Shown: piece after piece, positions 45,895 through 49,115 of the stretch
Numbering within the stretch: position 1 is the first letter of the stretch
How the letters are laid out: each line of letters starts with the position of its first letter
NCBI GenBank assembly: GCA_038128265.1
Contig: JAYPJE010000020.1
Span: 23,677-72,791 of the forward strand
Reading direction: 5' to 3'
DNA length: 49,115 bases
From: Gemmatimonadota bacterium
GTDB taxonomy: Bacteria > Latescibacterota > UBA2968 > UBA8231
The notes under the pieces: generated by a model
The model's input: the letters and a program-made list of their open reading frames with translations, nothing else
Databases searched by the model: none
What the model was told of the DNA's origin: nothing
Made by a program: the position numbers and the translations under genes

Positions 45895-47355
45895 ATGTCT
45901 AAGAGACCCAATATCGTCGTGCTCATGTCCGACCAGCAGCGCCTCGACACCGTATCGGCCTACGGGCTAAACGACCTGTGCAAAACGCCTCACATCGATG
46001 CTCTGGCCGCCCGCGGCATGCGCTTCGATTCGGCTTTTACCCCGACGGCCATCTGCTCGCCGGCGCGCGCCTCGTTTTACACTGGCGTCTATCCCCACAA
46101 GCACGGCGTCACTGGCAATGGGCTCTGCCTAAAAGACGACGTGCGCGGCGTCAATCACTACCTGGAGGAAGCCGGATATCGATGCGGCTACGCCGGCAAG
46201 TGGCACGTCGACGAAGAGACGGGTCCCAGCGGCTACGGCTTTGTCGGTCAGGATTTTCTTGGCTATGCATTCCCCGGCTCTGGCGTGCTGCCCGGTCTGC
46301 AGTTTGGTGCGCGCCCACACGGACACAACCCCTATGCAGACTACCTCAAAGAGCGCGGCTTTGACCCAGCACCCAGCGTATCCAAACGCTACGTCGGCAC
46401 CAATCCATCCAACCAAGCGCAGGAAATGTTCGCCCTGCACGATGGACCGGTCGAATCGTGCATAGAATACTTTGTAGCCGAAGAATCGATCCGGGTGCTC
46501 GACGAAATTGGCCGCGGCGACGAGCCGTTTTTCCTGTGGGCCAATTTCTGGGGACCGCACAGCCCATCGCTAGTACCTGAGCCCTACTTCTCCATGTATG
46601 ACCCCAAAGACATTCCCGAACATCCCAGCTACTGCGAAACTTTTGCCGACAAACCCTTTCGCCAGCAGTTGATCGAGCGGCTCTGGGGGCTGGGTGACTA
46701 CGGCTGGGAGGGATTCCAGGAAATCGCTGCGCGCTACTTTGGCCACTGCACGCTGCTCGACGATATGGTCGGCCGCGTGGTAGCGCACCTGGATACGATC
46801 GGCCAACTCGACAACACCATCATTGTCTATACCGCCGATCACGGGGATTGTTTAGGCGCGCACAGGCTGATCGAAAAGGGCGAGTTCATGTATGACGAAA
46901 TCTACCGCATTCCGCTCGTCGTCGCCCACCCGCAGTGTCAGACGCCCGGCGGCACCTGCGACGAGTTCGTCTATCTGCAGGAAGTCATGCTATCGGCGCT
47001 CGATGCAGCCGGCGTCACCGTGCCCGATCACATGGACGGCGCGTCTTTCCTACCCGCCATTGAGGGGCGTCCCTACAGCAACGGCCGCGAAGAAGTATAC
47101 TGCGTTTTTGACCGCCATTTCACCGTCGCCAACCAGCGCATGGTGCGCACGCGCACCCACCAATTCACCTTTAATTCGGGCGATCCGGGTGAGCTATACG
47201 ACCTACAGCGCGATCCCTACCAACTCGACAACGTCTACGGACAGCCCGAATACGAAGACGTGCGACGCGACCTCATGCGGCGCATGGACGCCTATATGGT
47301 CGATTTAAACGATCCGCTTTACAGCTGGTATGGGCGCATACAAGGAGCCTATTGA
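45895..47355 (+). CDS. Formylglycine-dependent sulfatase, no signal peptide
   Basis: PNIVVLMSDQQR, CSPARAS, YAGKWH, GPHSP, TADHGD; start set at ATG 45895. Confidence 0.93.
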   Translation: MSKRPNIVVLMSDQQRLDTVSAYGLNDLCKTPHIDALAARGMRFDSAFTPTAICSPARASFYTGVYPHKHGVTGNGLCLKDDVRGVNHYLEEAGYRCGYAGKWHVDEETGPSGYGFVGQDFLGYAFPGSGVLPGLQFGARPHGHNPYADYLKERGFDPAPSVSKRYVGTNPSNQAQEMFALHDGPVESCIEYFVAEESIRVLDEIGRGDEPFFLWANFWGPHSPSLVPEPYFSMYDPKDIPEHPSYCETFADKPFRQQLIERLWGLGDYGWEGFQEIAARYFGHCTLLDDMVGRVVAHLDTIGQLDNTIIVYTADHGDCLGAHRLIEKGEFMYDEIYRIPLVVAHPQCQTPGGTCDEFVYLQEVMLSALDAAGVTVPDHMDGASFLPAIEGRPYSNGREEVYCVFDRHFTVANQRMVRTRTHQFTFNSGDPGELYDLQRDPYQLDNVYGQPEYEDVRRDLMRRMDAYMVDLNDPLYSWYGRIQGAY

Positions 47356-47394
47356 GCAGACGCGCGATGCACCCATCTCGGCCCTTCTCCTAAT

Positions 47395-49115
47395 ATGGCC
47401 GCAGTGAATTCCCAGCGCACAGCCCTGCTCGTGCTCCTAGGCTGCCTGGTCGCTTTTACCTGGCAGGCCCTGCGCTACGATACCGTGCAGGACGACGCCT
47501 ATATCACGCTGGTCTATGCCAAGCACTTGGCAACCGGCGAAGGGCTCGTCTTCAATCCGGGCGAGCGCGTCGAAGGCTACACCAATTTTCTGTGGACGCT
47601 GATCTTGGTCGTTCCACACCTGCTGGAAATGGATGCACTGGCTGCGGCACGCGCGCTCAGCGCGCTCTGCGTCGGTCTGCTGTTTGCCCTTCTAGCGCAT
47701 ATGGCACGGCGCCAGAAGCCCATCGTACCCTGGCCCTACGCATTGGTGTCGCCCATCCTGCTAGCCTCTTGCGGTGCCCTGGCCTTCTGGACGACTAGCG
47801 GCATGGAGACGGCGCTCTTCACTCTGCTCATTACGGCAGCCACATACGGGTACGCGCGCGAGCTAAGCGGCGAGCAAAACCGCTCTACCGTCTGGCTCTT
47901 TGCGCTGGCTGGACTCACGCGCCCAGAGGGCTTCTTCTTTTTTGGCCTAACGCTCATACACCGCAGCGCATGGCGTGTGCACGCAGGGCGCTTTGATCTG
48001 CGCGACGCCCTGCGCTGGAGTGCGCCTGCTCTGCTGACCTTCGCCGTCCATTCCGCTTTTCGCCTGCTCTATTACGGCCACCTATTGCCCAACACGCTCT
48101 ATGCCAAGACCGGCGCACGCGATGTCCTGCTGCACTACGGCTGGCAGTACACGCTGGACTTCCTAAAATCGTACGGCGTCTATGGACTCTTATTAGTTAT
48201 CCCCCTGCTGCTGCTGCTCTACCCAGACCAGCGCCGCTGGCGTTCGTACCGTGCTCTGCTCATCACATCGTGTGCGCTCTATGCAACCCTGATCGGCGGC
48301 GACGTGCTCGACGCACATCGCTTTTACCTGCCCGTCCTACCGCTCATCTATTTGAGCGCGCAGGACGCGTTGTACGCGATTTCCAGTGCACTACCAGCGC
48401 GCATGACGCCCACTGTGCCGCTGGCCGCTCTGATTGCTCTCGTACTCTACAGCGCGCTGGCGCCGCGCGACAGGCTAGCGTACGCTCAGCTGTCTATGCA
48501 GGCACACAACGCGCGGCTATTCGAGCTATCCGACTGCATCAACAGCGCGCCCAACCCAACCTCGCTGATAGCTACCGGCGCCATTGGCATACCAAAGTAC
48601 CTGACCCAGGCACGCGTGATCGATTTGATCGGGCTCACCGACTCGACCATAGCGCGCCATCCAACACGCGTTGCAGGCCTGCAATCGCCGTCTATTCTAC
48701 GCCAGCAAAACTCGCGCTACGTGCTAGACCGTCAGCCGGATATGATTTGCTTTATAACTGGCCTAAAACCGCAAACTATAGCGGAAAAGACGCTCTTTTT
48801 GCACGAGCGCTTTCGCCGCGACTACTACACTTCTTTTTGCTCGGATAGAGTGCCTATCTTCGTCCGCAAACCCGACGCACCCAGCGAAGCTGACGACGCC
48901 ATCTATTCGGATCCATCCTTTGTCGACCACTATATTGCCGGCCTCAACGCCAACGGCCTTGAGGCCATACCCCATTACCAACGGGCGATGGAGACGGGAC
49001 CTGCGGATTTTGAGGAACCCTATCTGCGGATTGGCATGGCCTATTATGAGAACGAAGAACACAACGCGGCGCGCCCCTTTTTGGAACGCGCCGCATCCAT
49101 CGACCCCTATACATC
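47395..49115 (+). CDS. Multi-TM GT-C (AftB-like) glycosyltransferase with C-terminal TPR-like repeats, 3'-truncated (not in ORF track)
   Basis: Frame runs to the window end; DDAYI...GLVFNPGERVEGYTNFLW, SGMET, LTRPEG, YYGHLLPNTLYAK, DLIGLTD, then PYLRIGMAYY...ARPFLERAASIDP. Confidence 0.82.
   Translation, partial: MAAVNSQRTALLVLLGCLVAFTWQALRYDTVQDDAYITLVYAKHLATGEGLVFNPGERVEGYTNFLWTLILVVPHLLEMDALAAARALSALCVGLLFALLAHMARRQKPIVPWPYALVSPILLASCGALAFWTTSGMETALFTLLITAATYGYARELSGEQNRSTVWLFALAGLTRPEGFFFFGLTLIHRSAWRVHAGRFDLRDALRWSAPALLTFAVHSAFRLLYYGHLLPNTLYAKTGARDVLLHYGWQYTLDFLKSYGVYGLLLVIPLLLLLYPDQRRWRSYRALLITSCALYATLIGGDVLDAHRFYLPVLPLIYLSAQDALYAISSALPARMTPTVPLAALIALVLYSALAPRDRLAYAQLSMQAHNARLFELSDCINSAPNPTSLIATGAIGIPKYLTQARVIDLIGLTDSTIARHPTRVAGLQSPSILRQQNSRYVLDRQPDMICFITGLKPQTIAEKTLFLHERFRRDYYTSFCSDRVPIFVRKPDAPSEADDAIYSDPSFVDHYIAGLNANGLEAIPHYQRAMETGPADFEEPYLRIGMAYYENEEHNAARPFLERAASIDPYT

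Noticed and set aside
1..49115. CRISPR array, tRNA/rRNA, IS element or prophage
   Set aside because: No regularly spaced repeats, RNA-gene signatures, transposase, integrase or phage structural genes recognised by eye; a divergent ncRNA could have been missed.

Overview
A 49 kb, GC-rich bacterial chromosomal window with no rRNA, tRNA, CRISPR array, transposase or integrase that I could recognise. The first gene is a giant secreted protein with a paired EF-hand dockerin-like repeat and a PNPFNP/FlgD-Ig C-terminal domain, which suggests an FCB-group organism such as Latescibacterota (inference). Contents in order: (1) 5'-truncated ~1620-aa surface protein; (2) rpmI-rplT-pheS-pheT-zapB-zapA-rny-ymdB-xseA-xseB-recN-CDP-alcohol phosphatidyltransferase; (3) a minus-strand envelope operon: HExxH metallopeptidase/PD40/Omp85-like protein, two small ORFs missing from the track, two lipoproteins; (4) sugar/amino-sugar enzymes, a WecA-like transferase, P-loop kinase and CNT transporter; (5) a 29-aa membrane microprotein behind a perfect CRP-type box; (6) hisI, MEKHLA and sucA-sucB-lpdA, where lpdA carries an in-frame TAG; (7) large-type purL and two oxidoreductases; (8) an HpsN-like dehydrogenase plus aminotransferase, divergent from a sulfatase; (9) a 3'-truncated GT-C glycosyltransferase-TPR gene missing from the track. 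Best leads: the peptidase-Omp85 operon with its small ORFs, strong D-(S/T)-x O-glycosylation sequon enrichment in exported proteins, the CRP-box microprotein, a degenerate RNase Y HD site, the amber codon in lpdA, and the HpsN/aminotransferase pair. All family calls come from motif recognition by eye, not database searches.
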